Shown: positions 48,745-58,699, counted from the stretch's first letter. The stretch: DNA of 64,000 nucleotides from Dehalococcoidia bacterium (GCA_963662435.1 OY759598.1:962507-1026506), one strand, 5' to 3'. The notes: generated by a model not told the origin, from the sequence alone. Numbers and translations: made by a program.

Positions 48745-50354
48745 CCTCCGTAACATCACAGGGGCAGTCCTTTGAGTGCGCTTGGTGCGAGTACTTCAAT
48801 GCCTCCGACTCACAATTCTGCGGCAACTGTGGACGGAGCCTGGCATTCCCGGTGGAGTGTCCCTCCTGCGGGCGCGAGAATCCCGAGAGGAACGCCTACT
48901 GCGACTCCTGCGGTGTTCTCCTCGACGAAACGAAGCGTATTGCGCCTCAGCCTTCCGGCCCGAGTACCCTGGCTCGATTGCAAGGTGGCGTCCGTGATTT
49001 CGGTCTCCAGCATTGGGCGATCGTTACCCTGGCAGGCATAGCTGCGCTCGCTCTCTTCATACGGCTGTTCTCGCTCACCGACATTCCCCCCAACCTGGTA
49101 CCGGACGAAGCGGACAACCTGATTACGGTCTACCGCATCATGGCGGACATCGGCCCCGGCTTCTTCGAGCTGGACTGGAAGCCTCAACCGGCCTTCAGCG
49201 CCTACCTGATGGGCTGGTTCATGGGGATATTCGGCGAGACCATCGTCGGGATGCGGCTGCCGAGCGTCGCGCTGAGCACCGCGTCGGTCCTGGTCTTCTA
49301 CGCCGTTGCCCGCCAACACGGCGTCAAGAGGCCGGCTGCGCTGGGGGCCACCTTCCTCCTGGCGACGGGAGTGTGGTATCTGCACTTCTCACGAAGCGGC
49401 TGGGAAAACGCTCACATAGGCCTTTACGCGCTATCCGCCATGTTGTCCCTCAACGCGGCGATCAAGAACAAGAGCATGCGGGGAAGCCTGCTGCTCTTTG
49501 CGGCGACGGGACTGTTCGCGGCGCTTGGACTCTACGGTTACACCAGCGGGCGCGTGATCATTTTCGCCCTCCTGGCATACCTGCCTTTCGCCTTATTCAT
49601 TCATCGCGAGGACCGGAAACGCCTCCTAATGGGTTACGGCGTTCTGTGCGTGACCGCGTTCGTACTATTCTGGCCTCAACTCGACAACGCCCTGGACGAC
49701 TGGGACAGCTTCAATCGCCGTGTCCAGGTTGTCTATGTCCTCAGTGAAGAGAACCGCCTGAAGTTCGACGGCAAGGGCGACATGGAGATTGTCGCCCAGC
49801 AGACGTGGGACAACGTCAAGGGCTTCATCCTGGTGGACACCGGCGTGTCCAACGTGGGTCTAAACGCACGTTACATTCCGCCGAATCACGGTCTGCTCGA
49901 CAGGCTGACGGCGGTGCTGTTCTGGCTGGGGCTCGTGGTCTCCGTCTTCAGGTGGCGGCAGGCGCTCCTGTGGTGGCTGTTCTTCGTCGTTATGATATTT
50001 CCCATACAGGTGTTGGGCAGCGGAACACCGGACGCCGCCCGTGCCGCAGGGACCGCTCCACTGTTCTATCTCTTCATTGCGCTTGCTCTCGACTGGCTGT
50101 TTGGTCTGCGCTATACGAAGGACCAGTGGGCATTCAAAGCAGCGGCAGTCGCGGTCCTCGTATTCATCGCCTACGTAAACGTCTCAGGTTATTTCGAGTG
50201 GATGGATCTTCCGCACGCGGCAGCCGCGCGACAGCCCGCCGTGGACGCCGACGAATTCGCTTCTTGGCAAACGCTGCAGAAGGCCGCAGCCGAGGCGGGG
50301 CAGGGCGGGTTCAATGTTGGTGAGTGGCTGGAAATGAAGGAGCGCGGGTTCTAG
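48741..50354 (+). CDS. Double zinc ribbon fused to a GT-C (PMT/ArnT-like) membrane glycosyltransferase
   Basis: Four CxxC pairs at the N terminus; then TM1-RL..L...PP....DE, MRLPS, HFSR, GLYGYTSGR, multi-TM. Confidence 0.82.
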   Translation: MTSVTSQGQSFECAWCEYFNASDSQFCGNCGRSLAFPVECPSCGRENPERNAYCDSCGVLLDETKRIAPQPSGPSTLARLQGGVRDFGLQHWAIVTLAGIAALALFIRLFSLTDIPPNLVPDEADNLITVYRIMADIGPGFFELDWKPQPAFSAYLMGWFMGIFGETIVGMRLPSVALSTASVLVFYAVARQHGVKRPAALGATFLLATGVWYLHFSRSGWENAHIGLYALSAMLSLNAAIKNKSMRGSLLLFAATGLFAALGLYGYTSGRVIIFALLAYLPFALFIHREDRKRLLMGYGVLCVTAFVLFWPQLDNALDDWDSFNRRVQVVYVLSEENRLKFDGKGDMEIVAQQTWDNVKGFILVDTGVSNVGLNARYIPPNHGLLDRLTAVLFWLGLVVSVFRWRQALLWWLFFVVMIFPIQVLGSGTPDAARAAGTAPLFYLFIALALDWLFGLRYTKDQWAFKAAAVAVLVFIAYVNVSGYFEWMDLPHAAAARQPAVDADEFASWQTLQKAAAEAGQGGFNVGEWLEMKERGF

Positions 50355-50364
50355 TGCGCGGGAG

Positions 50365-52041
50365 ATGTCAGACCCTAGTGTTCAAGGCAACCGGCGTGTT
50401 GAACAGGCTGGGAACTCTCTCATGGGAATGACGTGCCGTGAGTGCGGGCACGAAAACCGCCTGGCTGCCTCCTTTTGCGGAAACTGCGCGCAACCCCTTG
50501 TGGGAGACGTTAAGTGCCCGGCATGTTCGTCTGACAATCCATGGCCGCAGAACTTCTGCAACACCTGTGGTATTTCTCTTTCAAGCGTGAAACGGGCTTC
50601 CAGGGCACTACCCGTGAATCAAGGGGATGCTATCCCTTATACGGACACGGTTGACACGGGCGTCCACGTCTCATCGCGCGGTCAAGAAACCAACCAGTCC
50701 ATGGCAGTCGGTGCCTACGAGGCCGAATCGCGGCCGGACTGGTTATTCAATACCCAAAGCTCTTTGCTTGCCGTCACAACCGTCGTGCTCTTGGGGATAC
50801 TTCTCGCGGTCACCAGGCTCTGGGATCTTGGCTCCACACCGGCAGGCCTGTTTTCAGGCGAGTTGGAGCTCATCCGGGTCACAAAGGAGATCACGGCAGA
50901 GGGTTGGATCGGCCTGTCGCACAACCTCCTGGCCGGATCGCTGACCGGATACTCCTACCTACTCGCACTTTGGACGACCATTGTCGGCGACGAAATCGGC
51001 ATGGTGCGGCTCCTATCGGGAATTGCGTCCATCGCTTCGGTGGGAGTGACGTACCTTCTCGCCAACACCCTGTTCAACCGCAGGGTCGCTCTGTTTTCCG
51101 CCATACTGATGGCTGTAGGCCTCTGGCCAATAACGTACGCGAGGCTGGCTATTCCCACCAGCATGTTGCTGCTGTTCGAGGTGACTGCCCTCTACTTGTT
51201 GACGCGAGCGTGCCGCGAGTCGATGGAAGAATCGCGTCGAACGCGCTTCCTGGCGGCTTCGGGAGCGCTCGTCGGACTGAGCCTGTACGTGGACTGGGCA
51301 GCGATCGTGTTCCTCGGTGCGGTCCTGTGCCTGTGGCTGCGGGAATACTTGTCCGACGCGGCCTCGACTCGGGTCGTTGGCCGGCAATTTGCTACCTTCG
51401 CTATTGCCGTGCTGATCGTAAGCCTGCCGTATTGGGCGGCTCTCGCCACCGACGATCACTTGAGCGGCACCGCCAAGGCGCTGCTGGTAACCGAGACTCC
51501 AAGTTACGTCCACGGCGACGGCATCTTGGGCCAGCTCCGAACGTTTACCGGAAACGTCGTCAACACGGGGCGGGCATTCGTCTGGAGCGTGAGCGCCGAC
51601 GAGTTCGGACGTGGCGGCGGCAGGATCGTCGACCCTCTCACGGGACTGCTTGTCCTCATTGGCCTGCTTGTATGCATCCGCAAATGGCGGGAATACCCCC
51701 ACGGCGTGCTGTTCGTCCTCTTGATCGTTACCGTGCTCGGCGTCGGACTAACGAAACAGGAGGGGATGTTCTCACGCCTCATCATTGCCGCTCCCGCGGC
51801 CTTCATCCTCGCAGGGTTCGCCGTCGACTGGCTGATGAGCTGGTTGAAGGGGAGGGTGACAGCAACAGGTATCGTGGCGCTCCTGGTCGCCGTAGCGATA
51901 GTTGTTGCAACGATCAACCTCACTACCTACTATGGAAATCCCATTGGCCCGGATCCCTCATCCTGGACCGGAGCATCACTTGAACACCCAGCATTGCCTG
52001 CGACGATCGCCTCAAGGGCCCCTAGATGTCCTCGGCTTTGA
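50365..52041 (+). CDS. Double zinc ribbon fused to a GT-C membrane glycosyltransferase, paralogue lacking the DE motif
   Basis: CREC/CGNC/CPAC/CNTC; RLWDLGSTPAGLFSGE, VRLLS, YARL, GLSLY, multi-TM. Confidence 0.8.
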   Translation: MSDPSVQGNRRVEQAGNSLMGMTCRECGHENRLAASFCGNCAQPLVGDVKCPACSSDNPWPQNFCNTCGISLSSVKRASRALPVNQGDAIPYTDTVDTGVHVSSRGQETNQSMAVGAYEAESRPDWLFNTQSSLLAVTTVVLLGILLAVTRLWDLGSTPAGLFSGELELIRVTKEITAEGWIGLSHNLLAGSLTGYSYLLALWTTIVGDEIGMVRLLSGIASIASVGVTYLLANTLFNRRVALFSAILMAVGLWPITYARLAIPTSMLLLFEVTALYLLTRACRESMEESRRTRFLAASGALVGLSLYVDWAAIVFLGAVLCLWLREYLSDAASTRVVGRQFATFAIAVLIVSLPYWAALATDDHLSGTAKALLVTETPSYVHGDGILGQLRTFTGNVVNTGRAFVWSVSADEFGRGGGRIVDPLTGLLVLIGLLVCIRKWREYPHGVLFVLLIVTVLGVGLTKQEGMFSRLIIAAPAAFILAGFAVDWLMSWLKGRVTATGIVALLVAVAIVVATINLTTYYGNPIGPDPSSWTGASLEHPALPATIASRAPRCPRL

Positions 52042-52301
52042 TCGAAGTGCGCGTTCAGCCGAAGGCCAGCAGTAATCGCATTACGGTAGTAGATGGAAGG
52101 ATCAAGGTCTACGTAACCGCTGCACCGGAAAAGGGCAAAGCGAATAAAGCTGTGGTTGAAGTCATGGCGCGTCAACTCGGAGTCCCGAAACGGATGGTAT
52201 CCATAAAGTCGGGGGACCACTCGAGGACGAAGCTGATGGAGGTCGAAGGCCTCGATCCGTCGGAGATTGGGCCGAGGCTAGACCGCCAGGACCGACCGTA
52301 G
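52026..52301 (+). CDS. yggU: DUF167 (YggU/UPF0235) protein
   Basis: VRVQPKAS, VTAAPEKGKANKA, SGDHSRTK. Confidence 0.9.
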   Translation: MSSALIEVRVQPKASSNRITVVDGRIKVYVTAAPEKGKANKAVVEVMARQLGVPKRMVSIKSGDHSRTKLMEVEGLDPSEIGPRLDRQDRP

Positions 52302-52553
52302 AAGACCCTTGACTACTATCTGCAGGAACAGCAAGGCGATCATGGGCGTGAGATCAAACATGCCCAGCGGTGGAATTACTCGCCTGAGGGGGCCCAGGAC
52401 AGGTTCAGTCATCTGCCTGAGGACATTGTTGATAGATTCCACCAGCGGCGACTCTGGGGCAAACATGGTCACCCACGACATGATGACACTCGCAAGTATC
52501 GCCAGCGTCAGGGCATCGACGAACAGGTAGATAAATGTCGAAATGAAGCTCAA
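52278..52553 (-). CDS. yggT: YggT family membrane protein
   Basis: IMSWV, TEPVLGPLRRVIPPLGMFDLTP. Confidence 0.9.
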   Translation of the reverse strand: MSFISTFIYLFVDALTLAILASVIMSWVTMFAPESPLVESINNVLRQMTEPVLGPLRRVIPPLGMFDLTPMIALLFLQIVVKGLLRSVLAV

Positions 52554-53356
52554 CTATTTTCACCTAAGGCGCGATATTTGAGGAAGGCCGCTTCGACGGC
52601 TTCGAGCACGGCCCCACGGAAAGCGGACTTCTCAAACGACATCAGCGCCTCGACGGTGCCTCCCGCCGGAGATGACACCATGTCCTTGAGCTCCGCAGGG
52701 TGCATACCCGTCTCCTGGACGTATTTGGCGCTCCCAATGACCGTTTGAAGCACGAGCTGTCTCGCCATCTGGCGCTGCAGACCCATGTAGACGCCCGCAT
52801 CGATGAGGGCCTCGATGAAGAGGAAAACATAGGCGGGCCCGCTCGCGCTGAGGGCAGTCACCATGTCGATGTACTTCTCGTCCTGGACGTATATCTCCTC
52901 CCCAAACGACGCGATGATCTGTCTGCTGGTGGCCTTCTGGTCATCGGTCACCTCGTCGGTGGCAGTCCAGACCGTCATACCCTCACGAATCTGGGCCGGG
53001 GTGTTCGGCATTACCCGTACGACCGCGCCGTGGTCCAGCCCATTGCTCAGGGTACCCAAGGTTGCGCCCGCCACGATGGACAGTACGGCTTGGCCTGATT
53101 GAAGACCGGTCGAGATCTCGTCCATAGCTGAAGTGAGATTCTGCGGTTTCATCGCGAGTATGACGATGTCAGCGCCGTCGATCACCTTGATGTTGTCGGC
53201 GTCCGCCGTCACGCCGTAAGCCCCAGCGAGCGCTTCTCGGCGCTCCGCTACGGGCTCTCCGAAGCTAATGTCCTCTGCGTTTGCGACACCGCCGTCAAGT
53301 ATCCCGCCGAGGATCGCCTCGGCCATAACGCCGCCGCCGATGAATGTAATCTTCAT
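52550..53356 (-). CDS. proC: Pyrroline-5-carboxylate reductase
   Basis: MKITFIGGGVMAEA, MKPQ, RVMPNTP, SASGPAY, VSSPAGGT; true start 53356 (the ORF-track extension runs into repeats). Confidence 0.95.
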   Translation of the reverse strand: MKITFIGGGVMAEAILGGILDGGVANAEDISFGEPVAERREALAGAYGVTADADNIKVIDGADIVILAMKPQNLTSAMDEISTGLQSGQAVLSIVAGATLGTLSNGLDHGAVVRVMPNTPAQIREGMTVWTATDEVTDDQKATSRQIIASFGEEIYVQDEKYIDMVTALSASGPAYVFLFIEALIDAGVYMGLQRQMARQLVLQTVIGSAKYVQETGMHPAELKDMVSSPAGGTVEALMSFEKSAFRGAVLEAVEAAFLKYRALGENS

Positions 53357-53550
53357 TGCTGACCGCCCGTTGTGACGTACTCGTGCTGAGTTGTGGAGCT
53401 CAGTGAGAACCTTCAATCTTGCCGCATCAACTCTATTGTAGCCGACTGGCGAGACATTTGGGACAAATGGGCCCGCAAAAGGCGCGGATGCTGGACTCAG
53501 TGCGGCATCATCCTCCCGCTTCAAGCAGGGTGATTCTCTTTTGGATAGAT

Positions 53551-54120
53551 CATTCCTCTGCAAGTAACCCCGGCCAACCTCCCGTAGGGGCGATTCGCGA
53601 ATCGCCCCTACCGCCAACCCCAAACCGTCATTCCCGCGTAGGCGGAAATCCACGCCCCCTTACGCCCGACTGGCGAAGTCCGCCCGACCGGCGAGGTCCC
53701 GTTCACCCTGAGCCTGTCGAAGGGTGCCCCCCACGGGGATACCCACCCATCATTCCTCGGAAAATAACCCCCGTTCAACCTCCCGCAAGGGCGATTCGCG
53801 AATCGCCCCTACCGCCAACCCCAATCCGTCATTCCCGCGTAGGCGGGAATCCACTTCCCCTTACGCCCGACCGGCGAGGTCCGCCCGACCGGCGAGGTCC
53901 CCCACACCGTCATTCCGGCGGAGGCCGGAATCCAGTCTTCGCACCCCGTCAGGCGAAAACCTCTTTTTCACTACAGGTGGTGAGAGTGGCATCACTCATG
54001 AAATATTCCGAACGCGGAGGACGTTGTGGATTCCCTCCTGCGCGGAAATAACGGATAGCTGCATTGAGGTTGGAGTCCCGTTGTGTAGCGAAGTGGCGGG
54101 TTTGAATCCCGTGTCTACGA
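53551..54120. repeat. Composite REP/BIME-like array with a 200-bp-period tandem duplication
   Basis: Units 53551-53700 and 53751-53901; perfect palindrome GTAGGGGCGATTCGCGAATCGCCCCTAC; CCGTCATTCC..GGAATCCA-type motif three times plus one inverted copy; CCCTGAGCCTGTCGAAGGG. Confidence 0.92.
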
Positions 54121-54162
54121 CGTGATAACAGGTGGCTGGACCAACAGGCGTCAACCGTGACT

Positions 54163-55173
54163 CTATCGGAGCTTGCTCTCGCTGGCGAGGTCAACGGCAA
54201 CACCGATGGCCTCGGCCATGCTGACGTGATGGGCTATCCCTTGTCCTGCGATGTCGAAGGCCGTTCCATGGTCGACCGAAGTCCGTATGAATGGAAGGCC
54301 GAGGTTTACGCTCACGCTTCGTTCCCAGTTGTGGACCTTGATGGGGATGTGACCCTGGTCGTGGTACATGGCAAGGACGACGTCGTACTTGCCGTTTATG
54401 GCCTGGGTGAAGACGGTGTCCGGGGGCACCGGGCCCGTCGCGTCGATGCCGAGTGAGCGGGCCTTGTCAATCGCCGGGGTGATCTGCTTTTCCTCCTCGT
54501 CGCCAAGGAGCCCGCCGTCGCTCGCGTGGGGGTTGAGCGCCGATACGCCGATGCGCGGAGCAGGGAAGCCCCATTTCGCAAAGTGCTCATGGGTGAGGAC
54601 GAGCTTTGCGAGCACGTTTTCGATTGTGACATAGTCGCATGCGATGCGGAGCTGCCTGTGCGTCGTGAGGTGGACGACGCGGAGCACGTCGGCCATGAGC
54701 ATGGTCGCCACATCCTTGGAGTTCGTCTGACTCTGGAATATCTCCATGTGGCCGATGTCCTTGTATCCGGCCATACTCGCCGCTTCTTTGTTGATTGGTG
54801 CTGTTACTATGGCCTGTACATGCCCGGCGGCGGCCATTTCTCCCGCCTGGAGCACCCACTCCACAGCCGCCTTGCCCGCTGAGGCCGAAAGCTCCCCAAT
54901 CTCAATCGCCGAATAGTCGAGATTCTCTGGGTCCATCACGTCGATGACGCCCGGCTCACCGGAAACGTCTTCCAATCCGTTCGTTACACGCCCCTTCGCG
55001 TCCACGCCGGAAATTTCGATGGCATGATTCATCGCAGCAACGCTGCCGACCACGAACGGGCGGCATTTTTGGTAGACGGACTCGTCCTGAAGGGCCTTCA
55101 CGGTGACTTCGGCCCCGATTCCGGCGGGGTCTCCCATGGTGATGGCGACGAACGGTCTTTCCGATGCTGTCAT
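54163..55173 (-). CDS. pdxA: 4-hydroxythreonine-4-phosphate dehydrogenase (PdxA/PdxA2)
   Basis: TMGDPAGIGAE, TAPINKE, LNPHASDGG, AMYHDQGHIP, RTSVDHGTAFDIAG. Confidence 0.93.
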   Translation of the reverse strand: MTASERPFVAITMGDPAGIGAEVTVKALQDESVYQKCRPFVVGSVAAMNHAIEISGVDAKGRVTNGLEDVSGEPGVIDVMDPENLDYSAIEIGELSASAGKAAVEWVLQAGEMAAAGHVQAIVTAPINKEAASMAGYKDIGHMEIFQSQTNSKDVATMLMADVLRVVHLTTHRQLRIACDYVTIENVLAKLVLTHEHFAKWGFPAPRIGVSALNPHASDGGLLGDEEEKQITPAIDKARSLGIDATGPVPPDTVFTQAINGKYDVVLAMYHDQGHIPIKVHNWERSVSVNLGLPFIRTSVDHGTAFDIAGQGIAHHVSMAEAIGVAVDLASESKLR

Positions 55174-55299
55174 GCTATGAACTCCGGCTGCAATTCGCGC
55201 TCAACTCAGGCGCGGGGATGCCATGATACAACATCGTCGCGGTAGTGCGGTGAAGGGAGTGCGGTTTGGACTCATGGATGCCATAGACTGCAGAATTCA

Positions 55300-55324
55300 G
55301 ACGACCCGCTCGAGGCGGGTCGTC
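55300..55324 (-). terminator. Hairpin downstream of nrdJ, probable terminator
   Basis: GACGACCCGC-TCGAG-GCGGGTCGTC 10-bp stem; weak U tract. Confidence 0.55.
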
Positions 55325-55385
55325 ATACTCGTCAATCGGTGTGGCACGTTTTTCCCTACAGTAGGTATAACGGCGCTTGCAAGGG

Positions 55386-57797
55386 TCAGTCACACTTGCT
55401 GTAGCCGCAGTCCAGGCAGTTCAGGCAGCCTTCCTGCGCTACGAGGTAGGCGGAGCACTCAGGGCACCGCTTGCCGGTCAGGGGGCCCGCATAGGTCGTC
55501 TGGTCCCCATTCCCCGTGGACTCCGAAGACGGGAACAGGCCGATCTGTGCCGTCGGCGCTTCCATCGTAGGCTTGTCCGCCGCGTACTTGCTGAGTACGT
55601 GGGAAATCGCATCAGGAATCGAGCCGACCAGCATTCCCTCGTCCCAGACCGGCTGATCGGTTATTCCGCGCAGCTGTGCGACGATCTGGTCCGGGTCGAC
55701 TCCCGTTTGCAATGACATGGAGACGAGGCGGGCGATGGCCTCAAGGTGGGCAGACTCGACGCTCCCGGCCTTTCCGAGTGCGCAGAAAACCTCGAATGGC
55801 CGTCTCTCTTCATCGAAGTTGACCGTGACGTAGAGTTTGCCCTGTCCGGTGCGAATATTTTCCGTGAGGCCCTGTACGATGCGGGGACGAGGACTGCGCT
55901 CGACGAGGGCAGGGGAGTCATGACCGTTCAGCTCAGCCTCCGTCTCGGTCTCCTCGTTCTCCTTGCCCGCCGTCAGGACTTCCGCCTCCCGGCTGCCGGA
56001 GCGATAGACCGTGATGCCCTTGCATGCCAGTTCCCACGCAAGCATGTACGCGCTGCGGACATCCTCTTCGGTCGCTTCGTTCGGGAAGTTGATCGTCTTG
56101 GATATGGCAGCGTCCACGCTCTCCTGGAAGACTCCCTGCATCCGCACGTGCATTTCAGGCGAGATGTCGCCTGCGACCACGAACGTCCGCTTGGCCGAAT
56201 CCGGCACGTCGTCTCGGTCCTGCAGCGATCCGCCCTCGGCAAGGTAATTCATCAGGTCTTCGCTGTAGAAGCCGCCGTCCCTGGCCGCCCTCTCGAAGTT
56301 CTCGTCGATGTACAGGAGGCTCTCGCCACCGAGAATGTTGTGCTTATGGAAGCAGAGGGCGAACAACGGCTCGATTCCGCTGGAGCACCCGGCGATCATG
56401 GAGGTCGTTCCCGTAGGCGCTACCGTCAGCCGGCAGGCGTTGCGCATCAGCGGGCCTTCCGCGGTATCGTAGATGCTCCCCTCGTAGGCGGGGAAGTTGC
56501 CGCGCTCTTCGGCCAGCAGCATGGACATCCTGTCCGATTCGTCCTTGATGAAGCGCATGATCTTGCGGCCGAGCTCCAGGCCTTCCTCTGAGTCGTAGGG
56601 AATCCCCATGCGCACCAGCATGTCGGCAAAGCCCATCACACCGAGTCCGATCTTGCGCGTGGCCTTCGTCATCGTCTCGATCTTGTCCACCGAGTAGGCG
56701 TTCGCGTCTATGACATTGTCCAAAAATCGCGTTGCGACGTGGACGACCTCGCGGAGCCTGTCATAGTCAACGGTGGGGTGGCCGTCGACATCGACGATGA
56801 ACCGCTGGAGGCTGATTGCACCCAGGTTGCACGACTCGAAGGGGAGAAGTGGCTGCTCACCGCAGGGGTTGGTCGCCGTCATGCGTCCGATGTGCGGCGT
56901 CGGGTTCCGGTGGTTCACCCAGTCCAGGAAGATCATCCCGGGCTCGCCGTTGCGCCATGCGCCGTGGACGATTTTCTCAAATACTTCGCGGGCGTCAAGG
57001 CGTCCGACCTCCACGAAGGGTGAAGACGTGTCCGCGGGGTTCTCATGGAACCGCAGCGGGTACGTGGTGCCGGCCTTCACGGCCTCCATGAACTCGTGGC
57101 TGGCGCCGACGGAAATGTTGAAGTTGTGGATTTCACCTTCCTGCGCCTTGCAGTCGATGAATTCCAGGATGTCGGGATGGTGAACGTCCATCACGGCCAT
57201 GTTCGCGCCGTCGCGCTTGCCGCCCTGCGTGACGAGCTTGGATACGGATGAGAGGTGGCGGAGCACCTGGATGGGTCCGCAGGCCTGACCATGGGTCGTT
57301 TGGATGGTGGTACCCTTGGGGCGTATGGACGAGAGGGCAAAGCCCGTACCGCCCCCGTACTTCTGGACCATCGCCGTTTCCTTCGCCGTGGTCATGATGC
57401 CGTCCATGTGGTCTTCCAGCCCCATGACGAAGCATGCCGATAGAGTTCCCGTACCCTGACCGTCCTCGCGCTGGATTCCGGCGTTCATGAGGGTAGGGGA
57501 GTTCGGGACGAACTCCAGCGTGGCCATGACCTCGTAGAATTTCTCTTCCCAGGCCATGGCATCTTCGGCTGGGCTGCTCGCATACTCGGGGCCGGCTATT
57601 GCGTGGGCGACCCGCTGAAACATCCCTGCGGGCGTCTCAACGATTTCCCCTCTGGAATTCTTGCGCAGGTAGCGTTTTTCGAGAACGACACGGGCGTTGT
57701 CGCTAAGGTCGATGTCGGCATCCGTGATGGCCGGGGTCTTCCTCCCGTTCGTGGACTCGTTCCTCAGACCTGAATCACGTCTCTCTTCTATTACCAT
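55386..57797 (-). CDS. nrdJ: Adenosylcobalamin-dependent (class II) ribonucleotide reductase
   Basis: PNSPTLMNAG, SACFV, TNPCGEQ, IGLGVMG, APTGT, KGITVYR, C-terminal domain and Zn ribbon CPEC...CLDCGYSKC. Confidence 0.95.
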   Translation of the reverse strand: MVIEERRDSGLRNESTNGRKTPAITDADIDLSDNARVVLEKRYLRKNSRGEIVETPAGMFQRVAHAIAGPEYASSPAEDAMAWEEKFYEVMATLEFVPNSPTLMNAGIQREDGQGTGTLSACFVMGLEDHMDGIMTTAKETAMVQKYGGGTGFALSSIRPKGTTIQTTHGQACGPIQVLRHLSSVSKLVTQGGKRDGANMAVMDVHHPDILEFIDCKAQEGEIHNFNISVGASHEFMEAVKAGTTYPLRFHENPADTSSPFVEVGRLDAREVFEKIVHGAWRNGEPGMIFLDWVNHRNPTPHIGRMTATNPCGEQPLLPFESCNLGAISLQRFIVDVDGHPTVDYDRLREVVHVATRFLDNVIDANAYSVDKIETMTKATRKIGLGVMGFADMLVRMGIPYDSEEGLELGRKIMRFIKDESDRMSMLLAEERGNFPAYEGSIYDTAEGPLMRNACRLTVAPTGTTSMIAGCSSGIEPLFALCFHKHNILGGESLLYIDENFERAARDGGFYSEDLMNYLAEGGSLQDRDDVPDSAKRTFVVAGDISPEMHVRMQGVFQESVDAAISKTINFPNEATEEDVRSAYMLAWELACKGITVYRSGSREAEVLTAGKENEETETEAELNGHDSPALVERSPRPRIVQGLTENIRTGQGKLYVTVNFDEERRPFEVFCALGKAGSVESAHLEAIARLVSMSLQTGVDPDQIVAQLRGITDQPVWDEGMLVGSIPDAISHVLSKYAADKPTMEAPTAQIGLFPSSESTGNGDQTTYAGPLTGKRCPECSAYLVAQEGCLNCLDCGYSKCD

Positions 57798-57891
57798 CAG
57801 TTTGCCCCTCGATTAGTGTAGTTTGTTGTGTATGTTTGGTTGATGTCCGGTTTTGTTCCGCTAATTCGGCTGAAGGTGCGTATCGAACGCC

Positions 57892-57938
57892 CCACCATAT
57901 GTTGTGGCGGTAAACCGCCTACCCCCGATGTGTGGTTG
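57892..57938. promoter_or_regulatory. NrdR box upstream of nrdJ plus a degenerate second box 31 bp away
   Basis: CCACCATATGTTGTGG (57892-57907) fits acaCwAtATaTwGtgt; weaker CCCCGATGTGTGGTTG (57923-57938). Confidence 0.75.
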
Positions 57939-58070
57939 CCAAACCATATCCTAGAATTGTCCGAGAAAACTATAGCCTTTGAGTCATATTTCTTAGAGAT
58001 TTTGGGCTAAAGTGAGGGTCAGTCAGATAACTAAGATGGGTGCCGAATTACCGAGTAGGGCCGGTGTTCT

Positions 58071-58634
58071 TTAGCCTTCGCCGGGGTCCGTCTGTCTTGC
58101 TCGCCGGCCCCGGCGTTCCGGGGAGGGAGCCTTTATGACTCCTGTGTCGGATCCGAGAAACGACAGTTGATTAGTCGGCTCCTGCGTATCAGGTTCGAGC
58201 AGGGCGTCAATCTCCTGCCGGAATGTCTGTATGTCCTGGAAGTCTCTGTACACGCTCGCGTACCGTATGTAGGCAACTCTATCGAACTCTCGCAGGCTGT
58301 CCATAACCGTCTCGCCTATCTTGTGAGAAGGCACCTCGGACAGCCCCAGCGCGTACAATTCCCCCTCAATCTCACCTACCAACTTATCGACGCTGCCGGT
58401 CGGCAGGGGGCGCTTGGTACACGCCTTCAGGATGCTCACTCTCAGCTTGTCTGTGCTGAACTCCTCCCGTCGTTGGTCCCGTTTCACTACCTGTAGGGAG
58501 TTCGACTGCACCCGCTCATACGTTGTGTAGCGGCGGCTGCAGTAAGCGCACTCACGCCGCCTCCGGATGCTGTCGACCGTCTCCCTCGAATCGATTACCT
58601 TCGATTGGCTGTGACTGCAATGAGGACAACGCAT
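58071..58634 (-). CDS. nrdR: Transcriptional repressor NrdR
   Basis: MRCPHC, SKVIDSR, IRRRREC..C..RYTTYE, ATP cone, VAYIRYASVYRDF. Confidence 0.96.
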   Translation of the reverse strand: MRCPHCSHSQSKVIDSRETVDSIRRRRECAYCSRRYTTYERVQSNSLQVVKRDQRREEFSTDKLRVSILKACTKRPLPTGSVDKLVGEIEGELYALGLSEVPSHKIGETVMDSLREFDRVAYIRYASVYRDFQDIQTFRQEIDALLEPDTQEPTNQLSFLGSDTGVIKAPSPERRGRRARQTDPGEG

Positions 58635-58699
58635 CACCGATCACCGGCACCGTTCGCGACTCTCCCATTGCGCAAGTAGCACGTAACAGGTAGGTGAAG

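Noticed and set aside
53551..53935. Possible CRISPR array
   Set aside because: The intervening sequences are themselves duplicated, the repeats are of mixed families and spacing, and no cas genes are present.
54094..54118. tRNA T-arm-like GCGGGTTTGAATCCCGT
   Set aside because: No acceptor, D or anticodon arms; better explained as a decayed GTAG-type REP.
53419..54125. ORFs of 210 and 133 aa and the N-terminal extension of proC
   Set aside because: They are translations of palindromic repeats with no protein-like composition.
57798..58070. Cobalamin riboswitch upstream of nrdJ
   Set aside because: No B12-box or other conserved riboswitch elements are recognisable; NrdR boxes explain the region.
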